Assembly (NCBI GenBank): GCA_024280575.1
Contig: JAJRPV010000014.1
Coordinates: 49,593-113,592 of the forward strand
Length of the DNA: 64,000 bases
Source: Campylobacterales bacterium
GTDB lineage: Bacteria > Campylobacterota > Campylobacteria > Campylobacterales > Sulfurospirillaceae
Reading direction: 5' to 3'
The translations under genes were made by a program, and so were the position numbers. The notes under the pieces are model-generated. The model saw nothing but the letters and a program-made list of their open reading frames with translations. It searched no databases and had not been told where the DNA came from. This document shows, one piece after another, positions 50,965 to 59,778 of the stretch (the first letter of the stretch is position 1; every line of letters starts with the position of its first letter).

Positions 50965-51035
50965 TTTTGTTTTCCATTTCTTTGTTTTCCATAAGAGATG
51001 AACTCTTAATTGTTTTCCATCCTTTTGTTTTCCAT
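50955..51035 (-). repeat. Five perfect copies of ATGGAAAACA in the metK leader, the last being the metK start
   Basis: ATG positions (minus strand) 51035, 51020, 50992, 50977, 50964; hairpin TAAGAG-ATGAA-CTCTTA at 50992-51008. Confidence 0.9.
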
Positions 51036-51183
51036 TTTCTTTGAAGAGGTGTTAACCTAAAAAATAAAATTAAAAAGTTTGAATTGAGGCAATCTTTGCC
51101 CACCATTACTTATAAACCGTTGGGAATTATACAGTTTTAATATAAATAAATATTTAATTTACCCTATTTTGATAAAATAGGGT

Positions 51184-51624
51184 ATGAAACAAAAATTTTA
51201 CTCGTATTTATTAGTATCGTTACAATATATTTTTATGGCTGTGCTTTTATATTTAAATAAACACTATCTTTTGCAAATCGTACCATTTAGCATATTTATT
51301 ATCGGTTTTATCATTGGTATTTATGCAATATATAACAACGAGCTGCATAATTTCAATATTATTCCCGAGATAAAAGATGGCGCATCTTTAGTAACGCATG
51401 GCATATACAAATACATAAGACATCCTATGTATTTTTCTGTGGCTCTCATGATGTTTGGAGTTATTGTTTACAATATAAATATAAGCAATATTTTCATATA
51501 TTTACTACTGATTTTAGTTATTGTTTTAAAAGCTAAAAAAGAAGAAGCACTTTGGAGTCAAATATCTTCTCAATACAGCATTTACAAGCAAAAAACAAAA
51601 ATGATAATTCCTTGCATTCTATAA
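51184..51624 (+). CDS. ICMT/PEMT-family membrane methyltransferase
   Basis: LVTHGIYKYIRHPMY, EEALW...YK.KTK..IP. Confidence 0.8.
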   Translation: MKQKFYSYLLVSLQYIFMAVLLYLNKHYLLQIVPFSIFIIGFIIGIYAIYNNELHNFNIIPEIKDGASLVTHGIYKYIRHPMYFSVALMMFGVIVYNINISNIFIYLLLILVIVLKAKKEEALWSQISSQYSIYKQKTKMIIPCIL

Positions 51625-51633
51625 AGGATTTTT

Positions 51634-52374
51634 ATGCAAAATTTTCTCTTAAAATATAATATTTCAATTCAAAAGATACTATTGCCCCTCTTTGCTGTTT
51701 TTATATTTATCTCCACACCTCTTTATGATAATTTATCTAAAAACTATATAAATAATTCACTTGCGAAATCAGCCATTACCTATGCAACTCTCAGAGGTTT
51801 AAACGCCGCAGTTTCTGTTATACAAGAAAGTTCTCTTAACTTTGGTATAGGAGTTGAAGCAAATATCGCTATCGGTCAGGCAGTGGATCCCATCAATGAT
51901 GCGATAGAGCGATTTTCAGATATGATTACTCTCTCAATCTGGGCGCTTGGCAGCGAAAAGATTATCTATGAAGTTTCCAAAACCCCACTGATGGTTTTGA
52001 TTGTTATTGTTTTATCCGTAATAGGTATTTTTATCAAAAGAGATTATATTAAAAAAATTTTGATAATCTTGATTATTGCAAGAATTTTTATCCCTTTTAG
52101 CGCTCTTATCTCAGACTATACATACAAAGAAATTTTTCAAACAAAAATTGAGTCAAATTTGGAAATTTTAAGCTCACCTCCAAAAACCGAAAATTCAATA
52201 GAATCTATACGAAAATCTATTGTTTACTACACAACAAATTCAACAAAATTCATAACAGCACTTTTAAATCTATCTATGTTGTATTTTGGTAGATTTGTTT
52301 TAGATGTTTTATTGTTGCCGCTATTTTTGATTTATCTAGTGAGAATTCTGGTATTTAATAAAAAAAGCATTTAA
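51634..52374 (+). CDS. Hypothetical multi-pass membrane protein
   Basis: Long ORF with several hydrophobic segments; ITYATLRGLNAAVSVIQES...IGQAVDPINDAIERFS. Confidence 0.7.
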   Translation: MQNFLLKYNISIQKILLPLFAVFIFISTPLYDNLSKNYINNSLAKSAITYATLRGLNAAVSVIQESSLNFGIGVEANIAIGQAVDPINDAIERFSDMITLSIWALGSEKIIYEVSKTPLMVLIVIVLSVIGIFIKRDYIKKILIILIIARIFIPFSALISDYTYKEIFQTKIESNLEILSSPPKTENSIESIRKSIVYYTTNSTKFITALLNLSMLYFGRFVLDVLLLPLFLIYLVRILVFNKKSI

Positions 52375-52791
52375 TTGATTTGCAAATAGATGAGCATCTT
52401 TTTGCCCAAAAGCAGATGGACCTCTGGTCATCTCGCCGCTGTCTCTGATGCTTTGCATTAAATTTCTCATAGCTAAGTATTGTTTGATGTTGTCCACGCT
52501 GTACAGTTCACCTCGATGGTCTATCGCATGAGCATTTTTACTGATCACTCTATCAGCCAAAGGGATATCAGCGGTGATTACCAAATCTTCTTCTTTTAGC
52601 ATATCAACAATATGATTGTCTGCTTCATCTGCTCCGGCACTCACTATGATATAGCTTATATTTTTTGATTTTCCTATATTTATCTTTTTATTTGCTACGA
52701 CATATGTTTCTAAACTCAGTCTCTCTATGGCTTTTAGGATTATCGGTTTTAAAAGGTTTGGAAAAGCATCACCGTCTATAAAAAGCCTCAT
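52336..52791 (-). CDS. YaiI/YqxD (UPF0178) family protein
   Basis: FIDGDAFP, GADEADNHI, VITADIPLA. Confidence 0.92.
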   Translation of the reverse strand: MRLFIDGDAFPNLLKPIILKAIERLSLETYVVANKKINIGKSKNISYIIVSAGADEADNHIVDMLKEEDLVITADIPLADRVISKNAHAIDHRGELYSVDNIKQYLAMRNLMQSIRDSGEMTRGPSAFGQKDAHLFANQLNAFFIKYQNSH

Positions 52792-52792
52792 G

Positions 52793-53020
52793 CTAGCCTT
52801 TTTCTATCACTATGCACCAGCTACCGTCTCTTTGTTCTTTTCTTGATAAAACTTTATGACCCTCTTTTTCAACTGAGCCAGGAAGATTTTTGATGGCTGA
52901 GCCATCATCTATATAAAGCTCTAAAATATCACCATTTTTCATACCTTGAAGAACCAACTTTGTTTTTGCAAAATTCACAGGACATTTTATACCTCTAAAA
53001 TCTTTTTTTATATCACTAAT
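52793..53020 (-). CDS. TusA/SirA sulfur-carrier protein; apparent start codon reads ATT
   Basis: DFRGIKCPVNFAKTK CPx motif; SD GAGGT 6 nt before ATT at 53020. Confidence 0.8.
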   Translation of the reverse strand: MSDIKKDFRGIKCPVNFAKTKLVLQGMKNGDILELYIDDGSAIKNLPGSVEKEGHKVLSRKEQRDGSWCIVIEKG

Positions 53021-53826
53021 ATCTTTACCTCACAACTATTTTGTTCATAATCACTTAATTTTTTTATACCATTTTTTCCGCATACTCTACAATCTGGATT
53101 TTTCTTAAATTTTACCTTGTCAAAATCCATACTTAAAGCATCGACTATAAGTAATTTGTCAGTCAAAAGCTCACCCTCATTTAATAAATATTTTACAGCC
53201 TCAGTTGCTTGTATGCTTCCAAGTATCCCAGCTATCGTTCCCAAAACTCCGGCTTGTGAGCAAGTTGGCACACTATCAACCGGTGGCGGAGAATCAAATA
53301 CACAGGCATAACATGCAGACTCATGTGGAATTACAGTCATGGTTTGAGCTATAAACCTTAAAATTCCACCATGTGAAAAAGCTTTGTTTGCTAATACACA
53401 GACATCATTTATCAGAAATTTTGTAGCAAAATTATCAGCTCCGTCAATCACAAAATCATACTTTGAGACAATATCTAAGATATTTGAAGCATTTAAATAT
53501 TCATTATATGTGATAACATTTATACCCGGATTTAACGCTTCCATCTTATTTTTCGCTGATTTGGTTTTTGGCACCCCTATATCTTTGGTTGTGTGAATTA
53601 TCTGTCTTTGCAGATTACTTAAGTCCACCTCATCTCCATCAGCAATCCCAATAGTTCCAACTCCGGCAGCCGCCAAATATAAAGCCGCCGGACTCCCGAG
53701 ACCTCCGGCACCTATGATTAAAACTTTTGAGTTTAAAAGCTTTAACTGCCCTTCTATGCCGATATTTTGCAGTATTATATGCCTTGCATATCTTTCTATC
53801 TCTTCATCATTAAAATCTGTTTTCAT
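53008..53826 (-). CDS. ThiF/MoeB/HesA-family adenylyltransferase
   Basis: RYARHIIL, GAGGLGS, SNLQRQI, CYACVF and CRVC zinc pairs; likely ATG 53826. Confidence 0.92.
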   Translation of the reverse strand: MKTDFNDEEIERYARHIILQNIGIEGQLKLLNSKVLIIGAGGLGSPAALYLAAAGVGTIGIADGDEVDLSNLQRQIIHTTKDIGVPKTKSAKNKMEALNPGINVITYNEYLNASNILDIVSKYDFVIDGADNFATKFLINDVCVLANKAFSHGGILRFIAQTMTVIPHESACYACVFDSPPPVDSVPTCSQAGVLGTIAGILGSIQATEAVKYLLNEGELLTDKLLIVDALSMDFDKVKFKKNPDCRVCGKNGIKKLSDYEQNSCEVKILVI

Positions 53827-53888
53827 AATTTGCCTCATATCTATTATGATTATTGTACCTAAGGTATTTAAACTTGTCAATTATATTT

Positions 53889-53897
53889 TGCTATAAT
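53889..53897 (+). promoter_or_regulatory. Extended -10 promoter (TGCTATAAT)
   Basis: TGnTATAAT upstream of SD AAGGA and ATG 53923. Confidence 0.65.
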
Positions 53898-53922
53898 ACC
53901 GCTTTAAACAAAGGATAATCAT

Positions 53923-54480
53923 ATGAAGTTTCTCTATTCTAGTAAATCACATTTTAATCTTGCTAATTTAATCACTTTTTCAAATATTGCCGCAGGGTTA
54001 ATCGCAACTTATCTCATATCTCAAAATATATTTTTATGGGCAGCCGTTTTTGCATGGATGGGCGGTGCTTTTGACATTATGGATGGGAAAGTCGCAAGAA
54101 AGTATAAACTCTCAAGTGAATTTGGCATACAGTTAGACAGTTTTGCAGATTTTTTGAGTTTTGTTTTAGTACCCGTGTTTTTTATCTTTCAAGCTATATA
54201 TGCTGTTTCATTTAGCGGTTTTGGATTGTTCATATCTGGGATTGTGAGTATCTATTATGTAATTTCTGGCCTTAGAAGATTAATTCAATTTAATATAGAT
54301 GCGGATGCGGGTGAAGTGGAAAAGTTTTTTACAGGAGTTCCGACACCATTGGGAGCCATACTTCTATGGGTATTTTATCTGGTAAATTTAGCTGGAATTT
54401 TATCACCGTCTTCCATAGTCCTGCTGATGATTGTTACGGCATGGAGTTTAAATTCTAAGATAAAAGTTCCTCATCCTTAA
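53923..54480 (+). CDS. CDP-alcohol phosphatidyltransferase (PssA-like)
   Basis: DIMDGKVARK....G.QLDSFADFLSF, FTGVPTP. Confidence 0.88.
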   Translation: MKFLYSSKSHFNLANLITFSNIAAGLIATYLISQNIFLWAAVFAWMGGAFDIMDGKVARKYKLSSEFGIQLDSFADFLSFVLVPVFFIFQAIYAVSFSGFGLFISGIVSIYYVISGLRRLIQFNIDADAGEVEKFFTGVPTPLGAILLWVFYLVNLAGILSPSSIVLLMIVTAWSLNSKIKVPHP

Positions 54481-54878
54481 TCAATAAGCTTAACAACATT
54501 GTTACTGTTTTTCTCTATAAAACTCTCAAGTTTTTCTAAAAGCTCTTTAGCATCTGTGCCGTCTTCCGGATACTAGACAAGATTGTCGTCAATCTTTTGT
54601 CCTAAAAAATCCTGAATTCCCGCCAAGAGTTCACTAGCTCCATTCCAATCAGAACAAGTCAGTAAAATAACAAAAGCATTATCTAATTCAAAAAGAGCAT
54701 CACTTTGTCTTAAAATCTTTTTAATCATAGCAATACTCTCGGTATTTTTATCATCACCGGGTAAAAAATATATGATAGAAAATGGTTCTTCATCGCTCAA
54801 ACCTAGTCGTTCCAACAGAGCTATATGATAGTCCACTAACGACACTAAATCTTTTTTTGAAAAAATAATACCAGCCAT
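54477..54878 (-). pseudogene. Small degenerate GGDEF-like/nucleotide-cyclase-fold protein with in-frame TAG at 54573-54575
   Basis: FSIIY, LRQSDAL, FVILL; after the stop the frame continues V*YPEDGTDAKELLEKL to a TAA at 54477-54479 overlapping the convergent pssA stop. Confidence 0.6.
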
Positions 54879-55010
54879 ACTACATCCTTATTTATTCTCG
54901 TTATACATTTTACAATAAACTTTACATAATTTCAAATAAAAATTTACCAACATCGCCTTTTAAGATATAAAAACTAAAAATATTATTATAATTTTTATTA
55001 ATAATTTTTA

Positions 55011-55043
55011 AATAAGATAAAATTTATCTTATTATGTTACAAT
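55011..55043 (+). promoter_or_regulatory. Perfect 11-1-11 operator-like palindrome abutting an extended -10
   Basis: AATAAGATAAA-A-TTTATCTTATT (55011-55033) then TGTTACAAT (55035-55043). Confidence 0.7.
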
Positions 55044-55072
55044 TTAGTCATTCTTAAGTCAAGGAGTATAAT

Positions 55073-55234
55073 ATGATATTCAACAAAGAACATGCAAATA
55101 TTTATTTAGTCATTGTAATTTTGTCGCTCTTTGTTATTTTTTCTTTAGCAACACTGTATTTTATGCAGGAAAATATTTCAAACAGATCAAGTGTACACAT
55201 AAAAAATGAGAAGCTCCAGAAGCTAAATAAATAA
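55073..55234 (+). CDS. 53-aa single-pass membrane small protein (below the ORF-track cutoff)
   Basis: SD AAGGAG; MIFNKEHANIYLVIVILSLFVIFSLATLYFMQENISNRSSVHIKNEKLQKLNK. Confidence 0.7.
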   Translation: MIFNKEHANIYLVIVILSLFVIFSLATLYFMQENISNRSSVHIKNEKLQKLNK

Positions 55235-55236
55235 TA

Positions 55237-56133
55237 CTAGCCTAATATACTGTTCCAGGCGACTATGCTCACAAATGATACAATTATGCCTAGAGCCAAT
55301 GTGTTTATCGCCAAATTTTTATTTAATCCGCCTTTTATCGCAAAAACTGTTGCCATTGTCATAGGTGGCATCGCAATTTCTAGAAATGTTACTTTTGCCC
55401 AAACAGCTGTGAAATCCACGAAAAAATACATCAAGCCAAACAATATAAAAGGAGTCAAAAACATCTTTATAAACAAAGCTATCACATTTTCTTTGAAATA
55501 ATATCCTAAAGCTCTGATATCTAATTTCATACCGACTATGATAGTAACAAGAGGTATCAAGGTAGCTTGAAGCTTGTCTAGTATTCCCTCTAGATAAGAT
55601 GGGAAAACCGTACCGTGAAAATACACTGCAACTACAATTGCCATAAGAGGCGGTGAGAGAAATATCTGCTTCAAAACATCTCTTTTAAATCCCTCTTTCT
55701 TGCCGCCTCCCCATGAAATAATAGCTACGCCGAAAGTCAAAAGTGCTACAAATGAACCTAATTGGTCATACACCAAAGCATAGACTATCTCGTGCATGGA
55801 ATAGAGTGATTCAATATAGGAGAATCCGACAAAAGAGGTATTCCCAAAAATTGAAACTATCATAAAAGTAGCCAAATCTTTTTTAGATAATCTTAAAAGT
55901 TTGCCTATTATCAAAGAGAGAATAAAAGCTATAAACATAGCAATATAACTAATCGCTATAACTTTCAATATGACAGCATTAAAATCTAAAGCTCTCACTT
56001 TTGAAAGTGCAAGAGCCGGCAGTGAAAAATAAATGACAAATTCTATAAGTGCATTTGATATATCTTCTTTAAAGATTTTAAAAAGATACCCGACAAGGAC
56101 AAACAAAAACACAGGGGCAATTTGCTCTATCAT
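55237..56133 (-). CDS. AEC (auxin efflux carrier) family transporter
   Basis: ~10 TM segments, YFSLPAL, GNTSFVG, AMPP. Confidence 0.9.
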   Translation of the reverse strand: MIEQIAPVFLFVLVGYLFKIFKEDISNALIEFVIYFSLPALALSKVRALDFNAVILKVIAISYIAMFIAFILSLIIGKLLRLSKKDLATFMIVSIFGNTSFVGFSYIESLYSMHEIVYALVYDQLGSFVALLTFGVAIISWGGGKKEGFKRDVLKQIFLSPPLMAIVVAVYFHGTVFPSYLEGILDKLQATLIPLVTIIVGMKLDIRALGYYFKENVIALFIKMFLTPFILFGLMYFFVDFTAVWAKVTFLEIAMPPMTMATVFAIKGGLNKNLAINTLALGIIVSFVSIVAWNSILG

Positions 56134-56822
56134 TAATTTCTCCACTCTATTGTGTTGCTCTTTATCTCTAATGATTTTTTTACTAAATCTAAAAATTCAT
56201 CTCTTTTCATCTCTTTGGCACCCATAGATTTAAGATGATTTGTCGGAATTTGACAATCTATAAAATCACCGCCAATTTCATCCATCTTTGAACAAAGTGC
56301 CACAAGAGCCGTTTTGGAAGCATCACTTTTTGTACTAAACATAGACTCTCCGCAAAACATACCGCCGATACTCAAGCCATAAAGTCCACCGACTAATTTA
56401 TCATCCAAATAAGTCTCGACACTATGAGCAAAACCCTCTACATGTAGAGCATTAAAAAGTTCAATAATATCATCACTTATCCAACTGTCTTCGCAATTTT
56501 CCAGGCGTACATCCTTGCATGAATTAATAACTTTATCAAAATTCGTATCATAACGCACTTCAAATTTTTTCATACTCTTTTTCAGGCTTTTTGAAATCTT
56601 TATATCTTTGGTAAAAAGCACAAGTCTTGGGTCCGGCGACCACCAAAGAATCGGATCATCTACATTATACCAAGGGAAAATCCCGTTCATATATGCCATC
56701 AAAACTCTATCTCTGTTTAAATCTCCACCCCACGCAAGAAGGCCTTTTTCACTTGCATCTCTAGGCTTTGGAAAAGCGTATGAATATTTACTTAGTTGCG
56801 GTATAAATATAGTTTCAGGCAA
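56133..56822 (-). CDS. aat: Leucyl/phenylalanyl-tRNA--protein transferase
   Basis: GGDL, GIFPW, WWSPDPR, HSVE, GGLYG, FCGESMF, ASKTA. Confidence 0.96.
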   Translation of the reverse strand: MPETIFIPQLSKYSYAFPKPRDASEKGLLAWGGDLNRDRVLMAYMNGIFPWYNVDDPILWWSPDPRLVLFTKDIKISKSLKKSMKKFEVRYDTNFDKVINSCKDVRLENCEDSWISDDIIELFNALHVEGFAHSVETYLDDKLVGGLYGLSIGGMFCGESMFSTKSDASKTALVALCSKMDEIGGDFIDCQIPTNHLKSMGAKEMKRDEFLDLVKKSLEIKSNTIEWRN

Positions 56823-59009
56823 CTATAGACTTTCATATTTAAAGCTAAGTTCTTTTTTACGATAATCAATCTTTGCCGTTCCGCCTCGTTTTAATTTACC
56901 AAAAAGTATCTCTTCGCTAAGTGGATTTTTTATCTCCTCTTGTATCACTCTTCTCATCGCGCGCGCGCCCATATCTTTACTAAAGCCTTTGGTTGCAAAA
57001 TGTTTTTTAGCGGCTGGTGATAACTCAATATTTACTTTTTTCTCTTTTAACTGCTCTTCTAATTCATCTATTACTTTTTGTACAATTTCTATCATAATAT
57101 TAGTATTAAGGGATTTAAAATATATAATATCATCTAGTCTGTTTCTAAATTCTGGAGCAAAGAAATCTTTGATTGCATTATGCGCTTTGAAAGACTCATC
57201 TTTTTCAAAACCCATATGCACTCCCTCTTTTGTGCCAAGATTTGAAGTCATGATGATGATGACATTTCTAAAGTCGGTTTTTACTCCATTATTATCGGTC
57301 AAAACAGCTCCGTCAAAAATCTGCAAAAGTACATTTAGCAAATCCGGATGAGCTTTTTCTACTTCATCCAAAAGCAAAACAGAATAAGGATGTTTTTTGA
57401 TACTCTGCGTCAATTGTCCACCATCCTCAAAACCTACATATCCCGGAGGTGCTCCTATGAGTCGGCTGATAGTATGTTTTTCCATATATTCACTCATATC
57501 GTATCTTTCAAAATTTACACCAAGCTCATTTGAAAGTTGTTTTGCAACTTCAGTTTTTCCCACTCCCGTAGGGCCTGCAAACAAGAAAGAACCTATCGGC
57601 GCATCTGCGTTTCCAAGTCCGGCGCGAGACCTTTTAATCGCACGGACCAGGGCATGTATCGCCTCATCTTGCCCAAAAACTTTTGATTTAAGATTTTTTT
57701 CCAAACTTCCTATGACTTCACTTTCATCTGCATTGATATGTCTGTTTGGGATATGGGCAATTTTTTCAAGTATATTTTCAATATCAATTATACTCACCCT
57801 CTTTCTTTTTCGCTTTAGCAGATGAAATGAAGCTCCTACCTCATCTATCAAATCTATGGCGGAATCCGGCAAAAACCTGTCATTTATATATTTTTTAGCA
57901 AGCTCAACCGAGCTTTTTAAAACCGTATTTGGGTATTTTACTCCGTGATGCTCCTCATAACTTCCTTTTAGTCCTAGAAGTATTTTATAGCTGTCTTCAA
58001 GTGTTGGCTCATCTATATCTATCTTGGCAAATCTTCTACTTAGTGCTCTGTCTTTGTCAAAAAAGTTTCTAAATTCTCCATAAGTTGTGGCACCGATACA
58101 TTTGAGTTTTCCCGAAGCTAAAGATGGCTTAAGAAGATTTGACAAGTCCATAGATCCGCCACTTGTGGCACCCGCTCCGACTATCGTGTGAATTTCATCT
58201 ATGAAAAGTATGGCGTTTTCTTCATTTTCCAACTCTTTTAAAATCTCTTTCAGCCTCTTTTCAAAATCGCCTCGATACTTTGTTCCGCTAAGAAGTGAGC
58301 CCATATCCAGTGCATACAAAGATGAATCCTTCAAAATATCTGGCACATTATCATTTACTATCAATTGTGCGATGCCTTCGATAACCGCAGTTTTTCCGAC
58401 TCCCGGTTCTCCCACTAGTAAAGGATTGTTTTTCTTTCTTCTACAAAGCACCTGAATCACGCGGTTACACTCATCAACTCTTCCAATCAACGGATCTAGT
58501 TTGCCTTCTTTTGCCAAACTCACAAGATTTATACAATATTTACCCAAAGCACTGTCATCGTTTTCACTCTCCTTTTGCTCAGGCTCTGTTGCCTCTGTGA
58601 TTGCCTCAAGTATCTCCAATCTCGAAATACCCTGTTGCTGAAGCAACCAGGCACTGTATGAGTGCTCTTCTTGAAAAATAGCTACCAAAAGATCAAACAC
58701 ATTTGCTTCTACTTTACCTGCTGATTTTGAGTGAAGCATCATATTTTCCACTACTCTTGCGAGTGAGACGCTTTCTATCGGTTCATATTGTTCTTTATCT
58801 ATGACTATCGGGGAATGCAGAGTGAAATATTTTCTTAAATTATCTGAAATTTCATCTATATTTGCATTGCATTTTTTTAAAACTTCTACAATTGAAGGAT
58901 TTTGCAACATAGAAAAAAACAGATGCTCTATTGTGATATATTCGTACTTATGATGTTTTACAAAACCTATCGTTTCGCTAAAAAGTATATTTAATTCCTG
59001 GCTTACCAT
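56823..59009 (-). CDS. clpA: ATP-dependent Clp protease ATP-binding subunit ClpA
   Basis: Two AAA modules (GEPGVGKT, GPTGVGKT), RLIGAPPGYVG; downstream of clpS. Confidence 0.95.
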   Translation of the reverse strand: MVSQELNILFSETIGFVKHHKYEYITIEHLFFSMLQNPSIVEVLKKCNANIDEISDNLRKYFTLHSPIVIDKEQYEPIESVSLARVVENMMLHSKSAGKVEANVFDLLVAIFQEEHSYSAWLLQQQGISRLEILEAITEATEPEQKESENDDSALGKYCINLVSLAKEGKLDPLIGRVDECNRVIQVLCRRKKNNPLLVGEPGVGKTAVIEGIAQLIVNDNVPDILKDSSLYALDMGSLLSGTKYRGDFEKRLKEILKELENEENAILFIDEIHTIVGAGATSGGSMDLSNLLKPSLASGKLKCIGATTYGEFRNFFDKDRALSRRFAKIDIDEPTLEDSYKILLGLKGSYEEHHGVKYPNTVLKSSVELAKKYINDRFLPDSAIDLIDEVGASFHLLKRKRKRVSIIDIENILEKIAHIPNRHINADESEVIGSLEKNLKSKVFGQDEAIHALVRAIKRSRAGLGNADAPIGSFLFAGPTGVGKTEVAKQLSNELGVNFERYDMSEYMEKHTISRLIGAPPGYVGFEDGGQLTQSIKKHPYSVLLLDEVEKAHPDLLNVLLQIFDGAVLTDNNGVKTDFRNVIIIMTSNLGTKEGVHMGFEKDESFKAHNAIKDFFAPEFRNRLDDIIYFKSLNTNIMIEIVQKVIDELEEQLKEKKVNIELSPAAKKHFATKGFSKDMGARAMRRVIQEEIKNPLSEEILFGKLKRGGTAKIDYRKKELSFKYESL

Positions 59010-59011
59010 AC

Positions 59012-59320
59012 CTACTCCTCTTCCATAGTTGCACGAAGTGGAAATTGATGCTCTTTTGCCAAATTATGAACTTGTGCTATCTTTGTCTCAGCTACTTCAT
59101 ATGTATAAACGCCACAAAGCCCTGAACCCTCTTCGTGAATTTTAAACATAATAGAATTTGCTTTTCCGGCACTTTGGTGAAAAATCTCCATTAACACCAT
59201 CACTACAAAATCCATACTTGTATAATCATCATTTAAGAGCAAAACTTTATATAATTTTGGCTCTTCTAATTCCCACTCTTCTTCATATTCGTTTTCAATT
59301 TCCGTATCAACTCTAGCCAT
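59012..59320 (-). CDS. clpS: Clp protease adaptor ClpS
   Basis: YKVLLLNDDYTSMDFV, IHEEG, E.K...V, FPLRATME. Confidence 0.96.
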   Translation of the reverse strand: MARVDTEIENEYEEEWELEEPKLYKVLLLNDDYTSMDFVVMVLMEIFHQSAGKANSIMFKIHEEGSGLCGVYTYEVAETKIAQVHNLAKEHQFPLRATMEEE

Positions 59321-59774
59321 TTCTAAAATCCTTCATAGCTCTTTGCGCTTCTCTTTTGGCGTCTTTTTTCTTTAAATCTTCTCGTTTGTCGTGCAAAGCT
59401 TTTCCTTTTGCCAAAGCAATTTTTAGTTTTACCATATTTCTGGAATTAAAATATATGCTAAGCCCCACTATCGTCAAGCCGTCACGATTGACTTTTTTTT
59501 CTAACTTCTCAATCTCTCTTTTGTGCAACAGTAGTTTTCTGTCTCTTCTTTCAGCCGGAGCAAAATGTATATTTGCCGTTTTTATATGTGAAACATGCAT
59601 ACCAAACAGATATGCCTCACCTTTTATAATCTTCACAAAAGAGTCTTTAAGATTGACTCTGCCACCCCTGATAGCCTTAACTTCACTGCCTTTTAACTCA
59701 ATCCCGGCTTCAAAAGTATCCAATATCTCATAATCATGATATGCTTTTTTATTTCTCGCTATTGTTTCACCCAT
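59313..59774 (-). CDS. smpB: SsrA-binding protein
   Basis: NKKAYHDY, EAGIELKGSEVK, RKLLLHK, GK..HDKRE. Confidence 0.97.
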   Translation of the reverse strand: MGETIARNKKAYHDYEILDTFEAGIELKGSEVKAIRGGRVNLKDSFVKIIKGEAYLFGMHVSHIKTANIHFAPAERRDRKLLLHKREIEKLEKKVNRDGLTIVGLSIYFNSRNMVKLKIALAKGKALHDKREDLKKKDAKREAQRAMKDFRNG

Positions 59775-59778
59775 ATTT

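Noticed and set aside
59313-59774. tmRNA gene next to smpB; any tRNA or rRNA in the window
   Set aside because: The flanks are fully coding, and no intergenic stretch shows a cloverleaf or rRNA-like sequence.
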